Positions 1 through 11,806 of a stretch of DNA of 64,000 nucleotides are shown in pieces. The translations under genes and the position numbers were made by a program. Within the stretch, counting starts at the first letter, position 1, and each line of letters starts with the position of its first letter. The stretch covers positions 48,918,001 to 48,982,000 of the forward strand of contig NC_092357.1 of assembly GCF_963676685.1 (NCBI RefSeq), given 5' to 3'. This DNA is from Mytilus edulis. Its lineage: Eukaryota. The notes under the pieces were generated by a model. It saw only the letters and a program-made list of their open reading frames with translations. It was not told the origin of the DNA and ran no database searches.

Positions 1-310
1 CATCAAACAATTTTCTTCTGATATTCAGGTGTTTCTTGGAACTTATCAGGGTAATAAGTCGCTCGTTATCGAGACTAAATCCATCAAGGATGTCATAGAT
101 ACTTGTAAAGATTATGAATTGAGAGTAGATCTCAACAGTCAAATCACAAAACTGTTAGCAGAAGTTCAAGAATTTAGCCAAATTAAGGTATCCGACAATT
201 CTTTTCAATTACATTTCAGAGACCACAAAATCCAACAAGCTCAGATAGGTATCCCAGTCCCTACATCAAGAAATGTATCCAACACACAGCTTCAGTTAAT
301 CACAACATCT
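1..310 (+). pseudogene. Fragment of a bivalve TRIM-like (B-box/coiled-coil to beta-propeller linker) coding exon, cut by window start and truncated 3'
   Basis: Translation IKQFSSDIQVFLGTYQ...FRDHKIQQAQIGIPVP..RNVSNTQLQL resembles the linker of expanded mussel B-box proteins (recognised from memory); protein-like sequence is lost after about 310. Confidence 0.45.
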
Positions 311-464
311 ACAATAAATTCATTGAGAAAATCAATGAAACACATTGCAACATTTCCATTCAAAGTACCTGCGTTTCTGTGTTTTACAGAGTATATATAC
401 CGTTATGTGAACTCGATACTGTTTACCTATATTTCGGCATTGCACAACATTATTCGTTTGTTTT

Positions 465-1005
465 AGACTGTTTATGACGTTTTTAAACCAAGTTCGTTGA
501 ACGTGTACTGATTGATACCCTAGTCTGTGAGATCATGATTTATGCAATAGTTGAAAAGGCTTTGAACTAGTTTTCAGTAACATCGAAAACTCGATGCATC
601 GTACACGTGTGTATTATCTTTATGTTATTTGTCTTGTGTCTCATACTAATCTTTTGGGTTAAGTTTTGCAATTGCTGGTGGATTTTACAGTTTGTTCTTA
701 TGTTGTCCAGTTTCACTACTGTCCTCAGATAGGAGAGGGTTGAATTCTGTATATGCCTGTTCAAATTGAGAAACCTGTATTTAAGGTTGTCGTTGGTTTT
801 TTTGTTTTTCGTAAATTGTTTTGTTATTAATTAGTTTTCTAATTTGAGTGGTTTCACCTTTTTTATGATGGTGTTATTTATAGCCGACTATACGGTATGG
901 GGTTTTCTCATTGTCGAAGGCTGAACGGTGCCTATAATTGCTTACATCCAATTCAGTTGATCTCTGGTGGATAATTGTTCCATTTGTTATTATACCACAT
1001 CTCAC
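465..1005 (+). repeat. Non-coding 3'-UTR-type fragment of a Naiad-like family (SECIS relic, deleted twister, terminal structure)
   Basis: GGCTTTGAACTAG..TCAGTAAC is similar to Naiad UTR 4743-4778; ATGA..AAA..TGAT at 474-512; ends in the ATACCACATCT motif shared with other copies. Confidence 0.55.
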
Positions 1006-2010
1006 TCACAATTCAAACAAGAAACTAACGGTCAATAAAAAAAAAAACGAAAAACAGATAAACAAACGACAACCATGGAATTACAAGCTCCTGACTTTGG
1101 ACAGGAATATACATATAGAATGTTGCGGGGTTAAACATATTAGCAGGATCCCAACTTATAAGGTTATATTTATTAATGTACACCTTAATATTACAATATG
1201 ATTTATTTCAAATTGATAAATTTCACATCATATAATATTGACTAGGGTGAAAAAAAGTGTTTTTTGTTGGGGTTTTTTTTGCAACCGGCTGTAAAATGTA
1301 TGCACAAGCGAGCCATCCGTTTGTATGTGCGGGGTATATAAATTCACAGCAACGTCGGGTCAGAATTGGAATGGTAAATCCAATGCTTATATGTTAAGAG
1401 AATATCACGCTCTGAGACCATTACAGGACACTTCTGACAACCCTTTAAATGGTCCAAAGGTAGGTAAATGCAAGATAAAATTTCTGTTCCTATTCAGCAT
1501 AACTTTTTCTTGTAGCAGTCCATTTTGTTCATCCTTCATCTCGGTTGACTTCTTTCACATGAACGAATGCAGTAATGTGGTAGTAAACGAATGCAATGGT
1601 CTTATGTACAATGAAATATGAAATATTGATATATATACATGTATAATAAACTTTATATTCTAATTCGCCAGCTCAAACGAATATAAATTATTCGATAAAT
1701 AAAACAACACATAAATATGATTAGTGTGCCTACAGCTGTAGCAGCCTTCAATATTAACTTTACATTCAATAGGATTCTCAAACTAAAGTCCTTCACTATA
1801 AATTCAGGCACCAATCCAATCATACAATAGCACAGCAATATACAGTAACACAATCAAAAACTATCTACAAAAGAGGAAAAATTCATATTAATATAATGTA
1901 CTATATGCATATACTCCCATTAACGATAACCATGTCATAAAAGGGTGGGTGGGTGGGTGGGTGTTTAAACATAATAACGAATGCTGCTACTTTGAACTAT
2001 AGGCAAACTT

Positions 2011-4590
2011 CATCCTATTAAATATTTAACAGTTCAACCTTTAGAAGTAGTAAATAAGCAGCCTGGTGAATCTCATTCCAAGTTTGTACGATCACGAAAA
2101 ATAAATGAATTAAATTGGATTAAAAAATTACAGACAGTCTACCCTCTCGGTCTTAATGATAATATCATGGGAATTGGCAATATATCAAGAACCGATTCTG
2201 TTAACATTTTGGATATAGTTTCTAAAACTGTTCGTAAAAATCGTTCTCATGGACGCAGAAAAAATCGCAATCAAAGAAAATTTCGGACCAACCATACAAA
2301 TATTTCGGACCTAATTTCCATTTCAAAAAACAACGGCAGACATTATCTGTTAACCAAGCTTTGTTCTTTACCTATAAATAAATTAAATAAAATTTTAGAG
2401 GATTGCAACACAATTTCATATTACAGTCCTAAGTATGAAATTGTCCAAATTATAATGGCATATTGTTATTCTAAACTGTTTCCAAAAATTGATCGCCCTG
2501 AAGATCATAAAAAACATTTTATTAAAATAAAGTATGTCAATAAAGGTTTTGATTTTGTAAATATTGCCGGTATTTTTAACGACCATTCTGTTAAAGACCA
2601 AATTCCTGGATATTTTGATAATACTGAACTCCCTCTCATTTGTTATATTTACAAGAAATCTACCCGAAAATATGTGTTTAATTATAGCCAATTGTGTAAA
2701 GATGTAAATATCACTGAAAATACACCTATGTCGTGTAATTGCAGTAATTCAGAATACACCTATGGACCAATTTCCCATGTTATAACAGGAGACCTTAACA
2801 TCGTTCGCGACCGAGAGTTAAAATCATTCCTCAGTAAAGGACCTAAATATCGTCCCCCGTCAACTATTAACTGGAATGAGTGTCGTAATATCATTAACAA
2901 CTCACTCCGCGCCTACTGTTTGAAATGGGTAAAACGGGAAAAAGCTGACAAAAAATCTTTGGACTCTTTTTTTAATTCAGTAATGAAGATAGTTGATATT
3001 CGAATACAACATTTTAAAGAACATTTTACCCTCAACAAAAACTATAAAAACCCTATTTCGCGTATCAAAAATAAACTAACAGAACTAGCCAAGGAATTTG
3101 TTTTTGTCCCGGCTGATAAAGCTGCGAATAATATCATTATTGTTTGACGTAAATTTTATATAGAGGTTCTGCAAAAGGAAATCACGAATTCACCAACATT
3201 CCAACTGACTTCATTTTCAGAAAACGACATCTGTAACAAACATAAACTTTTAGCTACTTCTTTACAAGCAGAACCAAACACAATGAAAGTCCCAAGTATG
3301 TACTGGCTTCCGAAGCTGCACAAAAAACCTTACAAATATAGATTTATTTCATCTTCCAGCCATTGTTCAACTACTAAATTGTCTGTTTTACTTACTAGTA
3401 CACTTGGTACAATAAAAAACCTGATAATAAATTGTTCAAATAAGGCCTTTGAAAATAGTGGAATTAATTACTTTTGGAGTGTCAAAAACTCGTTGGAAGT
3501 ACTTGATAAATTGCATGCATATATTGGTGATTTTGAATCTGTTCAAAGTTTTGATTTTTCTACCCTATATACCACTTTGCCTCATATTCTTATTAAGAAA
3601 AAATTCACATCCCTAATTAACTGGGCATTTAAAAAGTCGGAATGCGAGTACATATGTTCAAACTCTTTTAGATCATTTTTTAGTAGCAATAAACAAAAGA
3701 ACTATGTCAATTGGACATGCTTTGATACTATTTATGCACTTGAATTTTTACTTGATAACATTTTTGTTCGCTTTGGAGATTCCGTATATCGTCAAGTTAT
3801 TGGAATTCCAATGGGGACTAACTGTGCACCACTTATTGCGGACCTGTTTTTGTATTGTTATGAGTTACAATTTATGACTAAAATTAGCAAAGACCCATCA
3901 AAACAACATTTGATACAAAAATTTAACAATACTTTTAGATATTTGGATGATATATTGGCTCTAAATAATGACGACTTCAGTATGTATACTAAAGAAATTT
4001 ATCCTGTAGAACTTACTTTAAATAAAGCTAATGATAACAATGACCACTGCCCTTTCCTCGATCTTGATATCTATATCATAAACGGGAAGCTTAATACAAA
4101 AATTTATGATAAAAGAGATGATTTTTCATTTCCTATTGTTAATTATCCATTTTTAGATGGTGACGTTCCCTTGTCACCATCTTATGGTGTTTATATATCT
4201 CAACTTGTACGATTCGCTCGTGTATGTAACAATGTATTAGATTTTAGCGAGAGAAATTTATGTATTACTGAAAAATTATTACACCAGGGTTTTCGATATC
4301 ACAAACTGGTCAAAACATTTACTAAATTTTATCACCGGTATAAGGAAATAATTCGTAAATATAACTCAACATGCAGACATCTTATACGTTCAGGTATTTC
4401 ACATCCAAAATTTTATGGAAATATTCTTTATAAAGCACAAAAATGTCAGTATTCTCCTCAGAAACTAACAAAACCTTTAAATAGACTTATCAAAAGGGGA
4501 TATAGTTACGATACTGTTGTCAGGTCATTAAAGATTGCATATTTTGGCTTTAACATTGATTCACTGATAGGGTCTTTGCATCGGAACTAA
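2011..4590 (+). CDS. Naiad endonuclease-RT ORF with single in-frame TGA (3145-3147), putative selenocysteine
   Basis: ORFs 2167-3147 and 3283-4590 share one frame, open from 2011 to TAA at 4590 except ADKAANNIIIV*RKFY; sister element reads ADKAANNVVVVCRK at 43735-43737. Confidence 0.85.
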
Positions 4591-4632
4591 ACACATTTAT
4601 TTCTAAAAAAACAGTTGTTGGCATGACACGGG

Positions 4633-4721
4633 TTATGTTCTTCTCATATATTTTATGATAGTATGATACTAAACCCCTAACGGGAGGGATTGTACCTGAT
4701 ATTCATATGATGAAGACATAA
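4633..4721 (+). promoter_or_regulatory. SECIS element (type II) in Naiad 3' UTR
   Basis: Helix I TTATGTTCTTCTCATAT/ATATGATGAAGACATAA; core ATGA 4655 and TGAT 4697; helix II GTATGAT/ATTGTAC; apical AAA followed by CCC/GGG mini-stem. Confidence 0.85.
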
Positions 4722-4905
4722 TCTTTCAATCAGTTTAATTGAGGTCTGGAGCTGGCATGTCAGTTAACTGCTAGTAGTCTGTTGTTATTTATGTATTATT
4801 GTCATTTTATTTATTTTCTTTTGTTACATCTTTTGATATCAGACTCGGACTTCTCTTGAACTGAATTTTAATGTGCGTATTGTTATTCTTTTACTTTTCT
4901 ACATT

Positions 4906-4996
4906 GGCTAGAGGTATAGGGGGAGGGTTGAGATCTCATAAACATGTTTAACCCCGCCGCAATTTTGCGCCTGTCCCAAGTCAGGAGCCTCTGGCC
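4906..4996 (+). ncRNA. Twister-ribozyme-like fold, circularly permuted type P5, no canonical P1
   Basis: P5 GGCTAGAGGT/GCCTCTGGCC; GGGG-GA-GGG ... T^AA-CCCC-GCC-[GCAA/TTGC]-G-CCTG-TCCC-AAGT-CAGG matches the twister core; predicted cut 4949/4950. Confidence 0.78.
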
Positions 4997-5632
4997 TTTG
5001 TTAGTCTTGTATGATTTTAAATTTTAGTTTCTTGTGTATAATTCGGAGTTTAGTATGACGTCCATTATCACTGTACTATTATGCATATTTTAGGGGCCAG
5101 CTGAAGGACACCTACGGGTGCGGGAATTCTCGCTACATTGAAGACCCATTGGTTGCCTTCGGCTGTTGTTTGCTCTATGGTCGGGTGGTTGTCGCTTTGA
5201 CATATTCACCATTTCCTTTCTCAATTTTATTCGAATAACTTTATTTTCTCAAACTAACCCCTTAAGTAATTCTTAATCATGCTTTTCATGAAAATCATTA
5301 GGGTATATACCCGTAAAACCGGCACTACGGGTATATGCCATCCAATCAAATTGAACGTTAACACACACCATGTGCTTGATATAAACACACACACGTGTTT
5401 ATAGTAAACAATCACTTGACCGTTACAACGTCATGTGACCTATAACTTCAATAAATATATTTATATTCTAATTCGCCAGCTCAAACGAATATACATTATT
5501 AAATAAATAAAACAACACATAAATAGGATAGTGTGCCTACAGCTGTAGCAGCCTTTCGAAAGACAAAAAAAGCCAAGTAGATCTGAAAAGAGAATAATAC
5601 ATATACATGTATATATAGTATATTTATGAAAA

Positions 5633-6540
5633 TTATATTCCAAAACTTTTAGACACTGTAAGAGCTGATAATATAATTTCTCTTACTCTAGTATATGATA
5701 AAGGTTTAAGACCTCTCAGTTTATAAGACTTAGATTTTTTTACATAAATACATGGATCTAAATATATAATTTGAAGATGATGCGACAATATTTGATAATA
5801 ATAAATATTTCTCCAACATACTAACAGGACATGTTTGTGTAACTGTTCTAGCAATTAAAACCTGTGTGCCTTCTCTATAATGATCAGTTTTGCTTTTCTG
5901 AATAAGCAATGATACATGTGTGTCAGAAAATTTTAAATCAGATCTTTTTAATTTTACCATTTCAGAAAATCTTAGAAACCCTGCATAACTAATAAGATAC
6001 ATACAACAAATTCTAATTTCTATAAGATTGTTACATTCTTGACCATATTTAATAACAATTTTCTTTAAAATATCTGGCGTAATTGGTTCTTTTTTATTTA
6101 CAATAATAATGTCCAATCTTTCTATGAGCTCCTTCCTTAACCGATATACACAACTGTGAATAACACGGATTTGGATAGCCAGCTAGTTTATGAGCCCAGC
6201 TTATGGAATAATATGCCTCTTCAACCTTAGCATACGAATTAAATTTCTTTGATAGGTGTATTAACTACAATGAAACATAAAAATCTGAAGCTGGTAAAGG
6301 TTTAACATAAGAATAGTTATTACACCACTAACAGAAATTGTTAAATGCATATGAATTTTTTCTTTTGGTATTCTCGGCCTTCGAACGCAGACAGAACTCA
6401 AGTAGGCAATTAGATAAAGATAACAAATCTTGTTCGACTGGCTTAGGCAAGGATTTCCATAATCCACATGAAAAATATCTGAAAAACGTGCATATGAAAT
6501 AGAAATATAATCTACTATACTACTATTTTCCTCACTGGCC
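5633..6540 (-). pseudogene. Tyrosine recombinase of PAT-like element, frameshifted and lacking C-terminal catalytic motifs
   Basis: KKEPITPDIL...YAGFLRFSE...SKTDHYREG...CPV; no HSxR or catalytic Tyr before the B1 repeat. Confidence 0.8.
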
Positions 6541-6699
6541 ATGTAAGTGAGACCTTGCCTATTAAATTTGGCCTTGTCATCAACATACGACCTTGCCAAT
6601 ATATTGGCCTTGTCTTTACTTTGCGACCTTGCTCAACAGCCTTGTCGTAAATTCTTAAGTGAACTCAGCGTTCAATCTTATAGCTAACACACTAGAAAC

Positions 6700-8497
6700 G
6701 AATTCAGAAGATCTCAACAAGGACTTAATATGCATACCATGAATAAAAATGTTACGATTTGGTTGAAACTCTATAACATCAATTACATATGGTTGCAAAT
6801 GTGAACCTCTTTGAAAAAATCATTGTCCAAAATGACGAGGAAGGCCACTTTGGAACTATCAAAGTGCCTCTAGCTTTACATAAAATCAAATGTCTAATTG
6901 CTCTACAAACAACAGAAATTGGAGGAACAATTCAATTAACTTCATTATTCCAATTTTACGTGAACGCATCAACTGCTTCAACATCTGGATTCCAGAATTT
7001 AGAATTAAACCTTGGTATTTTTTTATTTAGATTACTCGCAAACCTGTCCACAGTATGTGGACCCCACATATCATCTACAAATTAAAAAAATTCTATGTTT
7101 GTTCCCCAGTCTTCTATATCAATCATTTTTTAATCAGCTTTAGTATTTTCAGATCTCGGGATCCAAACAACATCGAACGTTATATTGAATTCAGAACACA
7201 ACTTGAAAATATTAATAGCTATCTCTTGTAAATGTACTTTTGCACTTCCTTTCTGAACAATGAAAACATAGTAATTTGTTATTATTAGTATGCCATGTAA
7301 CACATTTATTTTTTAAACGATTTTTAAACGACATTAATGCCAACAAAATAGCTTGAAGTTCTCTCCATGTAGAACTTTGTAAGGACTCTTGTAAAGTCCA
7401 CATCTGATTTAAAATATTAGAGTCGATATCTTTCGAGTAAGCACCAGCAGCTACATTACTGGCATCAGAATATACAACCACGTGAGGAAAAGAATAACCT
7501 GCTAAATGTTTTCTATTCAATCTTTGAATGTTATTCAGCCAACATGTGAGCTCATTGAATACACAATCAGGACATTCCAATATTAACTTTAAATCCCACT
7601 TTACTCTGTTTTCAATAGCCCAGTGTAAATAACGGGTCATTAAACTAGTTATGTTACCCATGACTGGACACATAGAAATTATCTTTCCCGTTACCTGAGC
7701 CAACTTACGTGCTGTGAAATTAGGAAAGTTATTTAAAACATCAACCACTGATGTTATGGTATTTTCAATCCGTCTATCTAATTGAAAAATCAGACGAATT
7801 CCAAACTAAACCTTACCACTCTAAACATTGGACTGGTTCAAAAATAGAATTGTCCATGTTAATTAAAAAACCTGCTTCTAACAAAGACGTTTTCACAAAA
7901 GATGAACATTCGGAAGCTTCTTGTTTATTTCTACCCATTCCAAGTCCATCATCTGAGTAAAGTACAATATCTACGCCATTTTCTCGCCAATATTTTACGA
8001 TTGGACGTAAAGATTTAGTGAATAGATATGGAGCAGATAATAAACCAAAGGTTAACACTGTAAAATAGTAAAATGTATTGTTCCAGCAAAATCCTAAATA
8101 TGTTGTTTGTTGTTTAGTACATACGTCATAATGAAAATAACCAGACTTAAAATCAAACTTAAATTGATAGCAATCTTTTGCCACCTTCCAGTCTTCAAAT
8201 TTTATTCTTTCTTTTTAATAAAAACATTCAGTTCACTTAGATCCAAAATCAGACGTTTTTTGTCCGAACTTTGAACCGCACCACTAAGCGGATTTACAAC
8301 AAATGGTTGAAATGGAGTTTCAATTACACATTTGATATCAAGTAATTCTGAAATTGCTTCATTTACAAATTTAGAATGTACATTAGCAGATATTTTATTC
8401 TTAAATGACATAGATGTAGGAGTCTGCAAAAAAAGGAATAACGTAACCATGTTTGATAGTATTTATAACAAATTCATATTTTTCCAAAATTGTATAT
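6700..8497 (-). pseudogene. RT-RNaseH-methyltransferase-like ORF of PAT-like element, frameshifted
   Basis: VVNPL..KKRLILDL, FDFKSGYFH, LTFGL, YSDDG, YSDAS, SSTWREL, then WGPHTVDRFAS..RFNSKFWNP..EAVDAF; N-terminus continues at about 10100-10160 beyond an insertion. Confidence 0.85.
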
Positions 8498-10098
8498 AAG
8501 ACAATATCTGAAAAAGTCTAGTTTTGGCAATAAGAAAAAACCAAAAAGAATTCTTTATACCGGTATTTTAATAGCACAAATCGAAGAACACACATTGGGG
8601 ATCTAGGAACTGTTGTCTGTAATTCAAATAATTGTTTAATAAGGAAACAATGGCAATTTAAAAAATGATACAAAAAAAAATCCAGTTCTTTCCTGTTACC
8701 AAAGTGAATCAATTTTAAAAAGTTTCTAATGGGAATAAGGAATAAGTTTAAGACACTATTTGTGGTTTACTAGTATATCCTGCAATAGTTTATCAAATGC
8801 CAATTATTGATTTTAGCATTTGCAATACAAAAGGTTTAGAAATATAATTAAATATAGTCAGATATGTCGGTAACATGAAAGAATCTTGAGTAACAGGACA
8901 ACGGTAACAGGACAGGGTTGGTAACAGAAAGGATTTTTTTGCTTTATTTTAAAGTTTAAGAAAAATAAATCATTTTAGATTGGTCACAATTGGAAGATAA
9001 CAGCAAACAATGTCATTTATCCTTTGAAACTGTATTTGCAAGATGAAAAATCTGCCTAGGTAATGAAAAATTCTAAAATAAATTCCTTTCTGTTACTATC
9101 TACTATACTAGAATTGCACAATGTTTTCTGCTGTTATCAAAAGCAAAAAACCTATTTTTTTATTCAATATACTGTATATTATTTTGAAATTTATTTGATA
9201 TGGTGGTGATAACTTATATTAAATGAAATGGTTGGCATATAGTAGATTAACTGTTCGATTCTTCAGTGAAATTGTCTTGAACATCCTTCCTGTTACTGAT
9301 GATGGTTATGCTGTTACTTTCGATCAGGTAACATGACAGAACGTAACAGAAAGGAATTACGCGATAGTTTTTGTCCTTTTTATCACATTAAATGTAAGTG
9401 TATTTCCTGTGACATATAACTTTTAAAAAGATGATATAAAAACACACTTAATGTTGTGGTGCACACTTAAAAATATTCTCAGAAAGTGTAAAAAAAAGGC
9501 TATAACAGGATAGAACACCAATAAGTATTTTTCTATAAATTCTTACCTTGGATGGGCTTGAATTTTCAAACCTGGCCGCCTTTCCAACTATTTCTTTGTA
9601 CTAAAACATGCAGGGAATGATGCTCTTCACAATACATAATGGTAAAATAACTCTTGGTCTTGTAAACGTTTCCACAGATAAAAAAAAACTAGTGGTAATC
9701 ACCCCTGGGGACAAATTTGTTTTCTCTTAAAATTTGCAAAATTTTATTACATGCTATAGTTATAATATAAAAAGACAAATTAGGGGCAAGTTTATTAAAT
9801 AATATATAATATATGTGAGAATCGGACGCCTGCTTAATTAATTTGGATATTATTTGAATGATTTAGTTTTCAAAAAAACACAGGGGACAACATGATTTTA
9901 GGGGGGGGGGGTGAACATTTAAATTACAATATTTTATTGGAAGAAATATAAGAATGAGTTTTTAATTGACAGGAGTTGGTGCATTATATAATTTAGTTTA
10001 TACTGAAACTTAAAATTTTCAAAAAAGATGGTTGAATAAAAAAATAATTGCTGGTGAAGTGAGGGACATGGAAATTAGACTTTTTCAGATATTGTCTC
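8498..10098. mobile_element. Non-autonomous TIR DNA transposon (about 1.6 kb), Sola-like termini
   Basis: Perfect 22-bp TIR AGACAATATCTGAAAAAGTCTA; ATAT on both sides (8494-8497, 10099-10102); removal restores SLRKHIQFWK of the RT N-terminus. Confidence 0.85.
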
Positions 10099-10164
10099 AT
10101 ATGCTTGCGTAAGCTATATTTTACCCCTTTTGCAACAGATGAAATATCAATATTGTCAAAATAT

Positions 10165-10620
10165 TTTGCATGTGACAGAAACAGTTCAAACTGTCTGTAA
10201 AGATTGATTTCATCTGATTTTGAACTGAAAAGGGGGCATTGAATTCGCCAGTGACCAAGCTTGTTGCAGTTGAAACAGATGTCATGAGATGAGGATTCCC
10301 TCCGTCTGCTGGTCCAAAGGGGCGGCTGTTGTTTTGTCGAACATTATGTTGATTTGGCTTTGGAGCAGGAGGAGCAGAAACAGTAACAGCAGCGGTTCAA
10401 TAAGGATGAGGTCTTTTCTTTTCCTTGATACTCATAATGGCACGGCATTCTGCAGAACGAATGCGCTTAACTGAAACTTCCGGCTTGAGTTTGGTTGCAA
10501 GTTTAAAGTTCTCATTGCCAACGGTCAAGTCTTTATAAAGAGTATCGAACTTCCCGTCAAGATATGTTTTAAACAGCGATAATGTATCCATCAGGTCTTT
10601 ATTACCAGTAAGATGTGCAG
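10165..10620 (-). pseudogene. gag-like ORF remnant of PAT-like element
   Basis: CFNCNKLGHWRIQCP CCHC knuckle at about 10235-10280 (-); appears internally deleted. Confidence 0.75.
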
Positions 10621-11806
10621 AACTACCATCAGGCGATAAATGAAGTTTCTCGGAGTCAGAGATACCATAATAACGAATGCTGCTACTTTGAACTATAGGC
10701 AAACTTCGAATAACTTTATTTTCTCAAACTAACACCTTAAGTAATACTTAATCACGCTTTTCACGAAAATCATTAGGGCATATACCCGTAAAACCGGCAC
10801 TACGGGTATATGCCATCCAATGAAATGGAACGTAAACACACACTATGTGTTTGATATAAACACACACACGTGTTTTAATTAAACAATCACTTGACCGTTA
10901 CAACATCATGTGACCTGTAACTTTAATAAATATATGTATCACAACATATGAAGATATTAAGTATGACAATAATATTTACAAAGGGGACTAAACTTTTTAT
11001 TAATTCACTAAATAAGTTATAAAACAAAGTTTTGCATGGTGATTGATTTTCATTACCAAATAATTAATTGACATAACATTTGATAAACATAAATATAGCC
11101 TTTAAGTCAAGCAAGAACAAGCAATCAACAATTGTGGTACGAAAAATATTTCAGTGTTAACATTTTTTTCTGAAAGCAATTATTTAAAAATGCATGATAA
11201 GATTTAAGAAAAGAAACTATATTCTTGTGTTTGATGATAAAGTTCTGTCATTTATTTTATATTAATTTATTTGTCATTCGTTTGCATTTAAGGCTGTTTA
11301 ATTTTTTATATAAGGCACAGTAATCAAATGTTTTGCATAACCTACAGCGTTAAAACAGAGAATTAGACGAGATAGTCCACTTTCCCCGACACAGCGAGAA
11401 AATCCCGCCTCTGTAGGCGGGCTTTAGCTGGCCTCTAAACAATTATGTATACTAGTTCTATATTAATTACAAATTATAAAATAGTAATCTTTCTTTACGT
11501 ATATATTTTTCCATAAACAGAAATTCTATAACGATCAATTTACACCTACAGAAAAATAAATGTAGCAGTATGATGAAAATAAGCATGGGGCGTACTCCTA
11601 ATATCTCAATTGCTTGTAAACTCCAACTGTTTGAAGAGCTTCTAATTGGAAAAAACACTTTTGTTATACGAATGCGAGTACTTCAGATAAAGGATAACAA
11701 ACCATATATTGGAAAGGTCGCACCTTGAATTTTTTTTCCTTAAAAATAAATCCTAATTTTACCGATATCCAAACTGCTGTTCTTCAAGCAAACTATCGCT
11801 TACATT

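Larger units (their letters stand above)
2012..5229 (+). mobile_element. Naiad-type Penelope-like retroelement (N-terminal GIY-YIG endonuclease remnant + RT), 5'-truncated
   Basis: ELNWIKKLQTVYPLGLN (GIY-YIG C-terminus) precedes CxC..HVITG, ADKA, YWLPKLHK, FDFSTLYT, GIPMG, RYLDD; inserted in PAT repeat A2 with TTC on both sides. Confidence 0.92.
1652..10935 (-). mobile_element. PAT-like (DIRS-order) tyrosine-recombinase retrotransposon with split direct repeats, decayed, carrying two nested insertions
   Basis: A1 10666-10935 matches A2 (5230-5460 plus 1970-2011); B1 5461-5555 matches B2 1652-1748; gag CCHC knuckle, RT/RNaseH, methyltransferase-like and YR segments in order on the minus strand. 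Confidence 0.85.

Noticed and set aside
3145-3147. TGA as a simple nonsense mutation
   Set aside because: Aligns with Cys in the sister element and a conserved SECIS follows; not fully excluded without more copies
5098-5130. Hammerhead core from CTGAAGGA...GGAA
   Set aside because: Does not fit CUGANGA/GAAA spacing; the segment pairs with CCTTCGGCTG instead
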